Source: Selaginella moellendorffii (taxonomy: Eukaryota; Plantae; Lycopodiophyta). From it: a stretch of 64,000 nucleotides of DNA. Positions 34,001 to 45,139 of the stretch are shown one piece after another. Location: contig NW_003314320.1 of NCBI RefSeq assembly GCF_000143415.4, positions 62,001 through 126,000 on the forward strand, written 5' to 3'. The notes under the pieces were generated by a model. That model did no database searches. It had not been told where the DNA came from and saw nothing but the letters and a program-made list of their open reading frames with translations. A program made the position numbers and the translations under genes. The stretch's first letter is position 1. Each line of letters begins with the position of its first letter.

Positions 34001-34896
34001 TCGCCCCTGCAGACATTTTTAAAACAGGAAGTCATTAGTTGGTAGGCGTCTTCACCTTGATCCACTTGTGTGTTTCAAGAATTACTTCTTGTACAGGAGC
34101 ACTCCCCTGCTACACAAATCAGGAATAAGAAACCTCGATGAACAAACATGCAGTTACCTGGCTCGTCAAAACTCCGTTCTGGAGTGCCAAAGGAACAAAT
34201 CCAGCAGGCCTTGTCGTTGACAAGCCTACGAACATAAGCTTCGGTGAGACACTCGCACTGGAATAGATAAAAACCATGTCTTCATGGCCTTTAGAAATCA
34301 CCACTACATTCGAATCATCGGAATCCCACAGCACGTTGTCCGGATTGTCAGTCTCGCTTATCAAGGATGTCTGCAAGTTTTACTCATCCCGTCAAAGCAA
34401 CCAGAAAACGATAAGAACCTCTTGCGAAACAGGATTGTAGACAAAGAGATGCTCCATTTCGTCCTCAAGTATCACTCGTGTCCCAATGACATTAACCCAC
34501 AGCCTACACGCAGAAAAAAGAATCAGAGAAAATAGAGAGATGGACCAAAAAAGATCTAAAGGCCATTTTCAGCAGCAAGACAAGAATCCCAACCTTTTGA
34601 TGCCTTGCAAGTGATGAAACGTCGTTGACAGCAGCGGGGCATCTTCTTCAAGAAGATAATGCACGATATCCCCATTCTTTGTCCCATAGATCAAGAAATC
34701 AAGCGCGATCTCCACGCAGCTGGCATCGCTGGCGCCCCCGCCGCTCGGAAACGTCCAATGGAGCTTGCGATCCTTGCCCTGTTGGAGGCGCACGACCGTA
34801 ATCTTGCCCCGGCGCAAGCAAGCGCTATATTTCTCGTTCCTCACCTGCGCGATCGATCAATACCTAGGTCAGGAAGAGCAAGAAACGCACCTCCAT
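31099..34896 (-). CDS. IFT144: Intraflagellar transport protein IFT144/WDR19 (multi-exon; appears to lack the N-terminal propeller)
   Basis: [65 protein letters not shown], and a C-terminal zinc region [32 protein letters not shown]. The putative start is an ATG-GAG mini-exon at 34896. Confidence 0.88.
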
Positions 34897-35311
34897 TCTC
34901 GTCACACGCCACCGCCGCGAGCTACCAGCGCCGCAATCGATCGCTCCATCGCTGGGCGAGCTAGAGCTAGGGCAAAACTGGCGTCTCAAAACGTTAAAAT
35001 AATTCAACCCAGGGCATATTCGCAAGAACACATTTTAGGGACAGTGGAAGGGTCTGATCCAAGTTTTCTCTCTATCTTCGCTCGGCTTCCACGTCCTTGT
35101 CAAGAGCCCTAGCTCGCCACCGGCAGGAATTCGTCGATCCCGCGAGGCGCTGGGAAATGGAGCACTGGTAGGCGGTCGACCTAATTCTCGGGAAGGTGTG
35201 GCGCACGCCGAGAATGTATGTCAGCTGCGAGATTTTGAGCCGGATTGGATGCGCAGGGCCTTCTCCCAGCTCAGGGATCAGTGATTTGTAGCGCAGGGTC
35301 GCGGATTTTCG

Positions 35312-36886
35312 ATGGCACAGGCTACTGCTTCGCAGGATCCAGCAATGGCCGTCACGACGGATAATCACAAGGGACTGGTGTTGGCTCTCTCATCCAGCCT
35401 CTTCATTGGAGCGAGTTTTATCATCAAGAAGAAAGGGCTTAAGAGAGCTGGTGCTTCTGGAGTTCGTGCTGGTAGGCATGGTTTTAAATTCCTTTTTTTT
35501 AGTTGCAATGTCGTGCTCTAGTCACAGCTTTTTCGTGTTTTTGTAGGTGTTGGGGGCTACTCCTATCTGTATGAACCGCTTTGGTGGGCAGGCATGATCA
35601 CAAGTAAGCTAGTTTTTCCAGGATGAAAATGCGAAATAACAAAGTTTGCTCACTTCTTTGAGCAGTGATATTTGGCGAGGTTGCAAACTTTGCAGCGTAT
35701 GCGTTTGCTCCTGCGATACTTGTCACGCCTTTAGGAGCTTTGAGTATTATAGTAAGGTGAGTGGAGGATAAAGCGTGAAGCTGGATTTCTTACAGTTTGA
35801 GGCTGTTTTTTTTACAGTGCAGCATTGGCGCATGTCATTCTTAAGGAGAAGCTACATGTTCTGGGAATGCTCGGCTGTGCTCTTTGTGTCGTGGGTTCTA
35901 CGACTATTGTCTTGCATGCTCCTGGGGAACGTGATATTGAATCGGTGAAGCAAGTTTGGGATCTAGCGAGCGAACCTGGTAAATCTTTCCCTCCTTTCTA
36001 GGCCTTTGATTCATTAGTTTTTTTGTTTCTTTCTCCAGCGTTTTTGCTGTATGCGACCTCTGTCGTAGCCGTGGTGTTGATTCTTATTTTCCTCTACGTA
36101 CCCCAGTATGGGCACACGCAGATACTGGTCTACATTGGTATCTGTTCGTTTATGGGATCACTGTCGGTAAGCGCTTTGGATGACAACAAGTTTGCTTTGG
36201 TCCTCATGGATTGATTCTATCAGGTGATGAGTGCCAAGGCTCTCGGGATTGCCCTCAAACTGACATTCGAAGGTATCAATCAATTAATGTATCCACAGAC
36301 ATGGGTGTTCGCAATGGTGCTTGCGACCTGTGTCATAACACAGATGAATTATCTGAACAGGGTAACTCGGTCATTTTCATTTTTTCCTTGTTTCTTTTCC
36401 GTTGCTCATACAAGGTTTTCCTTGCAGGCGTTAGATACTTTTAATACTGCAGTTGTATCTCCAATTTACTATGTCATGTTTACCTCCTTGACAATCGTAG
36501 CTAGCGTCATCATGTTCAAGGTTCGTTCTTTCTGTTTACTACTTCGCCAAGGAACCAGCGTTTTTAATACTTATTTGGTTTGTCCAGGACTGGGACAGAC
36601 AGACTCCTGCGCAAGTCGTCACTGAGCTTTGCGGCTTCGTCACCATTCTCGCTGGAACATACTTGCTCCACGTCACAAAGGATCACTGCGAACCAGTTCC
36701 AGCGCTAGCTTCGTTCAAGGGAGGTATGACGACTGGATCTCTGTTTCTTTCGTTTTTTTCCTTATCCAGGTTTGTCTTGCAGCCATTTACAATGGATTTC
36801 CCTCTGTCAAACGACCAGATGACGAAGAAATGTCAGAGCAAATCCCTCTCCGCCGGCAAGACTCTCACTCCTACAGATCTCCGTGA
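35312..36886 (+). CDS. NIPA-family magnesium transporter, multi-exon
   Basis: [53 protein letters not shown] and [19 protein letters not shown]. Confidence 0.95.
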
Positions 36887-37229
36887 ATCGTTCTCATCTC
36901 CAAGTCTACAATATGTAAAAAGCTCGCAGTCTCGCAAAGCGTTCATCTTTCCAGGCTTAAATTCTTCTTCGTCACAAGGGAATAAAGAGGCCCCTGTCGT
37001 GCTGGTGGTGGGTGGTGATGGTGCTTGAAATTTATGTGAAGCGAAAGCTTTAATCCTGGAAAGATGGAAGCTGTAGAGGCCACTCAATTTTGAAACATCC
37101 AGACAAGAAAAGCTGTGCTTTGGCAGCCTTACAAAACTCAGCTCGTAAAAAAAAGTGGAATATCTAAAAGTTGTTTAGTTTAGTGATACTACACACTACA
37201 AAAGATAAAGGAAAACATTGTTAATTTAT

Positions 37230-39068
37230 TTAACTTTTTTGTGGAGAGGTTACATTAGCAAGCAATACATAAGCAGCCGCGTTTCTAGGCTCGAGTGCCA
37301 CAACACGAGAAGCAGCATTAGCTCCATACTTGAAGTCCTTGTAACTTCTACAAGCACCAAGAAGGCATGTCCACTCGAATACGTCTGGAACATAAGGCAT
37401 GCTCTGGATCAAATCCTCCGCATCTCTGAGGTAACCAGCTCTCGCCAAGAGATCAACCATGCAAACCAAGTGCTGCCTCGTCGGTTCTTGCCCATGGTCA
37501 AAGCTCATCGAAACAAAGCAGCTCCTGGCAGAGAAAACAGTCCCTGCATGAGTACAAGCAACCAAAACAGCGGCCAAGCATCTCTCGTCTGGTAGATCCA
37601 CAAGGTTCCCAACGAAGAAGAGACTAAATGCCTCGTCCCAGTGCCTGTTCTCAGCGTAAGCGGCGACGAGTGAGCTCCACGAGCCCGAATCCCACTCGGG
37701 CAAACGATCATAGAGTGCTCGAGCTCGGTGGAGATGGCCATTGTGAAAGTAAGCAAAGATCATCGTGTTCCAGCATAGAAGATCCCGCTCAGGGATGCTA
37801 CCAAATATTTCCCAACAATGAGAGAGATGCCCGTGTTGAGCATAGGCAGCAAGCATCGAAGTCCAGGACACTAAATCTCTTTCGGGCATCTGGCTATAAG
37901 TGCACTCCGCCTCGCGGATATGCCCGTGTTGGGCATAAGCGGCAAGTATAGCGTTCCACGAAACGAGGTTGGGCTGCGGCATTCTCTCAAACAAGGATTT
38001 GGCTTCCTCCAGCCGCCACCTTTGTAGCAGGGCTGATATCATAGCATTCCAAGCTACAAGATCTTTCTGAGGCATCTCATTGAAGATATTTTTTAAACCT
38101 TCCAGATCCCCTTGCTGGGCAGTCACCGACAGCACCAGATTCCACGACAGAAGGTTCCTGACTGGCATAGAGTCAAAGATTTTCTTGGTTGTCTCCGCTT
38201 GCCCGGCTCTAGCGTGAGCATTCAGCATAGCGTTCCACGTCACCACGTCCCGAAAAGGCATCGTGGCAAAGATACCCAAAGCGTATCCAAGATGCCCATT
38301 CTGGGCATATGCCGACAGTAGCGAGTTCCAGGAAACCACGTCCCACTGCGGCATGGAGTGAAATATCTTCTCACATTCCTCCAGCTTCCCGTTTCCTGAG
38401 AAAGCTACAAGCATAGACGTCCACGTCACCAGGTTGCGCTGTGGCATCTCGCAGAAAACCCGCTTTGCCTCCTCCAGATGCCCGTGCTGGGCGTACACGG
38501 AAATCAGGGCCGTCCACGCTACGAGATTCCGTTCCGGAATTTCGCGAAAGATCTGGACCGCTGTAGCCAAAGACCCATGCTGTGCATACCCCGCCAACAA
38601 AGAGCTCCACGAAATCACATCCCTTTGGGGCATGCTCTCAAAAGTTGACGCCGCATACTGGAGATACCCGCTTTGGGCATATGCCGACAAGAGAGAGTTC
38701 CATGATACCAGATCCGGCTTGGGGATTTGGAGGAATATCTTCTTTGTGGTTTCCACGTCACCTTCGTCGCTGTAGGCCGCCAGCATGGTGTTCCATGACA
38801 CGGAATCCCTCCCGGGCATCTTGTCGAAAAGCTCTTTTCCTTCTTTAAGGCAGTCATTTCTGAAATACACTGACAGCATTAGATTCCATGAGAACATGTC
38901 CTTGACAGTAATGTCGTCGAATATCCGGCGTGCTTGCTCTGGTGATTTACATTTCCCATACATCTCGATCAGTTTGTTTGAAACAAAAGTATCTCTGTCT
39001 GGCTGAAAAGAATCTGGATGCTTGGATTGGGTTATAGAAAGATGGTGGCGCAGGCACCCTTGAGACAT
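37230..39068 (-). CDS. PLS-class PPR protein with a long SS-motif array and E domain, no DYW
   Basis: Intronless, 612 aa; ~13 tandem 31-aa repeats (MPQRDVISWSSLLAGYAQHG), HLVCMVDLLARAG and AAAYVLLAN. Confidence 0.93.
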   Translation of the reverse strand: MSQGCLRHHLSITQSKHPDSFQPDRDTFVSNKLIEMYGKCKSPEQARRIFDDITVKDMFSWNLMLSVYFRNDCLKEGKELFDKMPGRDSVSWNTMLAAYSDEGDVETTKKIFLQIPKPDLVSWNSLLSAYAQSGYLQYAASTFESMPQRDVISWSSLLAGYAQHGSLATAVQIFREIPERNLVAWTALISVYAQHGHLEEAKRVFCEMPQRNLVTWTSMLVAFSGNGKLEECEKIFHSMPQWDVVSWNSLLSAYAQNGHLGYALGIFATMPFRDVVTWNAMLNAHARAGQAETTKKIFDSMPVRNLLSWNLVLSVTAQQGDLEGLKNIFNEMPQKDLVAWNAMISALLQRWRLEEAKSLFERMPQPNLVSWNAILAAYAQHGHIREAECTYSQMPERDLVSWTSMLAAYAQHGHLSHCWEIFGSIPERDLLCWNTMIFAYFHNGHLHRARALYDRLPEWDSGSWSSLVAAYAENRHWDEAFSLFFVGNLVDLPDERCLAAVLVACTHAGTVFSARSCFVSMSFDHGQEPTRQHLVCMVDLLARAGYLRDAEDLIQSMPYVPDVFEWTCLLGACRSYKDFKYGANAASRVVALEPRNAAAYVLLANVTSPQKS

Positions 39069-39939
39069 TCAGTTCATTTCCCTCAGTCTGATCACTATCT
39101 TTTAAGAATTATTATTGCTGTAATTTAGGGTTGTTTCCTTTTTGGTGCTGGCTCCTTTTCGAAATATTACAAAATAAACTAGAGATAATGATCCATTCTT
39201 AAAAAATTAATTAAGTTTAAGTTTCCTTCTTCCAGCGAAACGGTGCCTCGTGAGTGTCGAAGGGTACCAAAACAAGCATATCATATCTTCTACTGCGCAC
39301 ACGACTTCGCTTTTGCAGATTTTACGAGTGGAAGAAAGATGGAAGTAAGAAGCAACCATATTATATCTACTTGTATTCACCTGCCTGTACGACTCTTGGC
39401 AAGATGCCGAAGGTAATGAAATTTCCATCAAACTCGTGGGTGTGCTGCTCTATCAGGAGACACGCTCTTCACTTTCACCATTTTGACCAAGCGATTGGAA
39501 TAGGTTGCAGTTTGATTCTAATAGAAGAATATTTTTTTCTGTTTGAAGACGATATAAATTGCCCAAAGAAAATATAATTGCTTCACATATAGGTGGTTAT
39601 GATATGATCATCTAAAATTCTTCTAATTGCATTGATGATATAGTTTTACTAATTTATTCATAATGATTTTTATTAAGATTAAATTTTGCTAATTTTATTG
39701 TAGCTTTAATTGAAAAATTGTTGAATCAAGACAAAATTGAAGGATTATACAAACCAAGATCATTAAAAGTTAAAGTCATCATAATAACAAGTATATCATC
39801 AAGAAAACTCAATGATAAAGCTTAACTACTAAAAATTGTAAATAGCATATGCTCATAATAATGAATTACATTATATATAGACAAAATGGAAATTCCAGAT
39901 ATTATATTTTTTAAATATTTTTATGCCATATTGCCATGC

Positions 39940-40590
39940 AGTGGAGCTCAATCGAGCAACGCCTTACATTCTCCTGGAGCTCCATAACCTTCTCGATCGG
40001 TAGGACCGTGGTGATCTTGCCGCGCTCCAGAGCGTCGTAGAATTCCCGGGTTTGGGCCTTACTTTTATATCCGCTTTACAGACAAGAAAGCACGAAGCAA
40101 ACAGGAATAGCAAGACTCCCACTTTGTTACAAACATAGAGATCGTCCACAAGCGAAGCTTGATGTACTTCCAATCACAGAAAGCAAGGGGTACTGAAACT
40201 AAGTACGCTTTTCCAAGCAGGAATTCTTGAATAAGGCAACACTTTGGAAGGCTTTGGTCATGCTTACACGCCGACTTTCAGCCTGCCATATCGAGATTGA
40301 TACACTGTGAGTTTGTCATTTCCATTGTGAAATATTTGAAATGTTCAACACACTTTTCTTTGGGCTTTCTGATCCAGATACAACAAGATTGTCAGTCATA
40401 GTGCTACTGGCCAGTACTCCAAGCTTGCATCGTTTTGTATCCGTTATTCAGGTGTGTATCTTTTGATTCAATAAGTGACGCCATTATGTAGATTGTGGAT
40501 CTTGTGACAGTAATCGTCCTACGGTTCCAAATGTGATGACGCTCAAATCTTGCTCTGCAATCAGAACATGTTTCACTACTCAACATTGCC
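39940..40590. pseudogene. Composite decayed copy (PPR 3' end + COX5C + POLD1 exons and introns), inverted relative to 7430-9620 and 45140-46260
   Basis: Reverse-complement matches to COX5C (gtgatcttgccgcgctccagagc) and POLD1 (cgaagcaaacaggaatagcaagactcccact; gatacaacaagattgtcagtcatagtgctactggccagtactccaagc). Confidence 0.85.
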
Positions 40591-41402
40591 ATGTTTTCCA
40601 CCTATAAAATAAAGGATATTGACAGTTGCACGATGCATGTGGCAAATTTCATCACACACCCAATACTAAACATCATCTATGTCATCATCGTTGTTCTTGA
40701 ATGCAACATCCACATCCTTGTTTGGACAAGCAAGCACTATTTAACTAAATCATAGCAAGGGATTGGTCTCAAAATAATCAATTTTGAAGTCAAGGTGTAA
40801 GGAGAGACTAACTAGAGATGATAGTAATAATCTTTTATGTTTTTAATACATCTTTTGAGGTGTGATAGATCGTGTTACAGATACACCATAACTGAATTAT
40901 ACTAATTTAACAATGTTGATGGTATTGCTTGTACAATCTTGTGCTTCCTCACCTTATACCTGTAAAGCCTGGCACTTTTGAATTCAACATTTGGGATGAC
41001 GTTGACAATGGTAAGTCAGACCATTGAGTACTCCCGATCGATCATTCCATCTCTCACTTTGGATTTTTTATAAACCCACGTGCTATATATGTCTAACGTC
41101 GCGCACGTGTGGTTTTTTTTTTCTCCTTTTTGCGGCGAAATTTTAAAACCTCGGCTCATCCTAAGATTAAAGAGCTAAAGTGTGAATAGTATCCCAAAAT
41201 AACAAAAAAGAAAATATAAAACACGTGGTCATTTCCACCAATGAGAGTTTATTCGCTGGCATCATATCACTATCAATTCGCTTGCTCCTTCGCGCTCGCC
41301 CCTCTTCCTTTCTCTCTTTCTCTTCTCTCGTTCACATCTCTCTCATAAAGACCTGGTATTCGTCTTTAAGAAGCTCCCAGAGAGAAAGAGAAAGAGAGAG
41401 TG

Positions 41403-42716
41403 ATGGCTTCAAAGCCCATCCAAGCTCTAATTGAGCAGCTGCAAATTCACCAATCTCTTCCACAAGAGTACGTGCAGCCTCAAAAGATCCAGATCCAAGC
41501 TGCCGCCGGGGGCGCTCAAATTCCAGTGCTCGACTTGAGTGAATTCACGAGTAGCGCTGCTGCTGGTGGAAAGGAAGAATTCCTGCGAGAGCTGGATCAA
41601 GCTTGCCGGGAGTGGGGTGCTTTCCAGGTGAGCTCTCGATTTCCGTGCCTGGGAGTGAAAGTGATAAGAGCTAAAGTTTGTGTGTTTCGATTCTACTCCC
41701 TGGAAGGTGATCAACCATGGTGTTCCAAAGGATATCCTTCAAGGAATGCGAAACGCTGCAAAGCACTTCTACGACGTACCCGTGGAGGAGAAGATGAAGT
41801 ACTTTGTCACTGTGTTTGACGGCCGGCCCATGCGCTACTCCACTAGCTTTGATTCTTCCCGCGACGTCATCCTTGAGTGGAAGGACGTTCTCCGCATCCC
41901 CGCTGAAGCGTCAGCTCTGGAAGCTGATAGTGTCTGGCCAGCCAAAGAACACCTCCCAAGGTTAGACTCTTCCATTCCAATCCAAGAGCTTGGTCTTTCT
42001 GCCTTTGATAAGAAAAAAGAGAAATGGAGTTTTCTTCTTTCTTATGTAGAGATGCTGTGAATTCGTATGGAGGGCGAATCAATGACTTCGTGTCCGTGTT
42101 ACTGGAAGCTATGACCGAAAGCTTGGAGCTTCCGGCGGGATACCTGAACGAAGAGTTGGCGGGACGCGAGAGGATTCTAGCCATGAATTTTTACCCGCCG
42201 TGTCCGGATCCCAATCAAGCAATCGGGCTTGGAGCTCACTCTGACGCTACTGCTCTCACAGTCATAGTCCAGAACCAAGTCAATGGTCTCCAATTGTTTC
42301 ACAAGGACCATCAGTGGGTCACGGTGAAAATGCTTCCAGAGGCCCTTCTCGTGAACTTGGGTGATCAGCTCCAGGTATGTTGCAAAGATCTTGCTGCCCA
42401 AGAGTAGCAACTGTAGAGAGAACCTATCCAATCATTGATTTTGTTTGTGTAGATCATAAGCAATGGAAGATACCATAGCGTGGAGCACCGGGCAGTGGTA
42501 AACAAGGAGAAGCTCCGGATTTCAGTCGCGACGCTCATTGGCCCAGCCAAATCGTCGTCGATTGCTCCTGCTCCCCAGCTCGTCGACAAAACCCATCCAG
42601 CTCTCTACAAACCCGTTGTCTTCAAAGACTATTTGCTCAATTACATCAAGCTCGGCCTCAATACGCGTGGAGCGCTTCAAACCATCACCACTGCAAAAAC
42701 AGAAGCCCAGAACTAG
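41403..42716 (+). CDS. 2-oxoglutarate/Fe(II)-dependent dioxygenase (DOXC class), 4 exons
   Basis: IPVLDLS, ACREWGAFQ/VINHGV, NFYPPCPDP..GLGAHSD (HxD) and YHSVEHRAVVN..RISVA (distal His and RxS). Confidence 0.95.
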
Positions 42717-43059
42717 AAACTTAGGAGGTTTTCATAAGGAACAGAAAATGCCCCTGAATGGCATCTACTACACATACATATCATTTAGCATTTTCGTGTC
42801 GGTGATGGATTCATGCGGTGATACATTCATGAAAGATTCATGCCGATGTTCCATGGAACAATCTAATCTTTTACGTTTTTCGATATAGACAAAGCGATAA
42901 GGCCCTGCAGCCGCTCTTTGAGTGGCTCAGGTTTTCACTGGGCCCAATCGATTCCGGGCCTTCGATCAATTGGACGTTCATGATCTAAAACACTTGATTC
43001 AACATAATGACACGTGTTAAAAGACATGTAGGATAGTGCCACATCAGCAAAATATTGCA

Positions 43060-44110
43060 CCGGCCATTCCACATCTGCTCTTTGGCACCAGAAATCCCAA
43101 TAATTCCATCCATTTTTTAGTTGTTGCTGTAGATTCATTAAATTAGTTCTGAAGAGCTGGTACATGTGGGGGTACGTAGGAAAATTCTGGCTCCTATGTT
43201 TATATGCCCTTTTCAGGCAATTGGGGCCAGTCGACCCGGCAGCGCCATTCCGGGCCCAGGATCCTCAGGAAGAGCCTTGGCCGTACACATGGAAAAAAAG
43301 ACAAATGTTAGAGATAAGATAGATGGGTACTTAAGGCAAAGTAGGGTGAACTATGGCCTTTTAACTTAAAGCATGAAAACTAAACCCAAGACTGGAGAAC
43401 TCTTAAATTCTCACTCAAATGAGTTTTATGATAGTTGCTTCTACTTACCCTTGGATGATCATGTTAAAAAGCTTGGCAGCATTTAACTTTCCGCAAATAC
43501 TAAATTCCCTACAGTTTGTCAACCATAAAGTAGTGAAGATGGAAAGAAGTTCTTAAACTCAAAGTTTTTTCCAGCATCTAAATTGATGCAACTAAAGACA
43601 CAACATGCTAATGCCATGTAAAATCTCAAAGGTGTTTGGAATAAATGTATTTTTTTATTTGTCATATTGTTTTTTTCACTATTTATTTGTCCAAGCACAC
43701 TTTTAGATCATGAACACAGCAAACAATAGCAAACAGTAGAATCCAATCATTGGTTTTGTTTGTGACCATAAGCAATGGAAGATATCATAGCGTGGAGCAC
43801 CGGGCAGTGGTAAACAAGGAGAAGCTCCGGATTTCAGTCGCGACGCTCATGGGCCCAGCCAAATCGTTGCCGATTGCTCCTTCCCCCCAGCTCGTCCACA
43901 TCCAGCTCTCTACAAACCCGTCGTCTTCAAGGACTATTTGCTCAATTACACCAAGCTCGGCCTAAACACGCGTGGAGCGCTTCAAACTATCGCCACTGCA
44001 AAAACAGAAGCCCAAATCTAGAAAACTAAGTGGTTTTCTTAAGGCACATCAAATGCTAGCATCTACGATACATGCATACCATTTAGCATTTTTCGGTGAT
44101 GGATTCATGC
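43060..44110 (+). repeat. Direct repeat copy 1 (~1 kb; includes a duplicated 2OGD last exon and 3' UTR at 43725-44185)
   Basis: Near-identical to 62765-64000. The exon copy has a small deletion (ctcgtccacatccag versus ctcgtcgacaaaacccatccag). Confidence 0.9.
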
Positions 44111-44289
44111 AGTGATAAGTTCATGTGGAAAAGATTGTCGATGTTCCATGGAAGAATCCAATCCTCCACAAAGCGATAAGGCCCCGCGGCATTGACACGC
44201 CAAGTTGGTCTCAGTTCGAAAGTTTATTCTGACACGTCATTATCCAGCCCTACGTGGTCCTACGTGGCGTTGTGATCCAAATCAATATG

Positions 44290-44990
44290 GGACGTCATGC
44301 TCGCGGCATACTTTCGAAACATAAGAGGAATCTCGTCTCGTGGAACGCGATGCTCGCGGCATATGCCAAACGTTTGCCCAGCGTTTATGCGAAGTACGGC
44401 AGCAACCATTTACATCAGCGTAAGGAAGTTTTCTACAAAATGCCGGGAATGCGGGCACTGGTGTCAAAGCCGTGAAGAATCAAAACATGGCCTCGTCGAC
44501 GAAGCAAACGATGTCTTCTCACAAATGCCCGTTTGTGATCAAGTCTCGTGGAACTCAGCGTTTCACGAAAAAAGGCTTGGGCTTGGACGATCATGCTGCA
44601 GCGTTGAAGAAGCCAAATTATGTGCCTTTGTGATCAAGTCTCGTGGAACTCAGCGTTTCACGAAAAAGGGCTTGGGCCTGGACGATCATGCTGCAGCGTT
44701 GAAGAAGCCAAAACTATGTGCCGCTCAAGAGCTTTATCTCCACAAACCTCCTGCTCTTCGTGCTTCCAACCCCGCTATGCCGAAGAAGCTCGAACGTCCC
44801 TTGACAAAAGCGCTGCCGAGCATAGCTTAGCTTCGTGGACGATGGTTTCGCCCGCAATGCTCGCTGCAAATGCCACTTCCGGGCACATACATCGAGCAAA
44901 GAGGCTGTTCGATGCGATGCCCGAGCTGGATCTGTGGCCTGGACCGTGATGCTGGACATGCACGCCCAAAACAGCGACCCAGTCCACTAA
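44290..44990 (+). pseudogene. Inverted decayed fragment of the PPR gene 9545-11422, with an internal ~90-bp tandem duplication
   Basis: RNLVSWNAMLAAYAK, HGLVDEA..FSQMPVCDQVSWNS, SAAEHSLASWTMV and RAKRLFDAMPELD match 9950-11050 on the opposite strand. Confidence 0.88.
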
Positions 44991-45139
44991 GTAAGAAAGT
45001 GATTGTAATATAAAATCAGGGACAAGATCTTGCACAATCACAAGCACATTGTACTATATTTTCGCTTTTAAGAAAAACCTTACCCACCATACCAAGTATC
45101 GATAAGTTCTGCCGGGAAATCCTGTTGAAGTGTTTGGCC

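Noticed and set aside
17839-34896. A sperm-gene cluster (DUO1 plus IFT144)
   Set aside because: Only two genes, 12 kb apart and separated by seven unrelated genes; consistent with chance.
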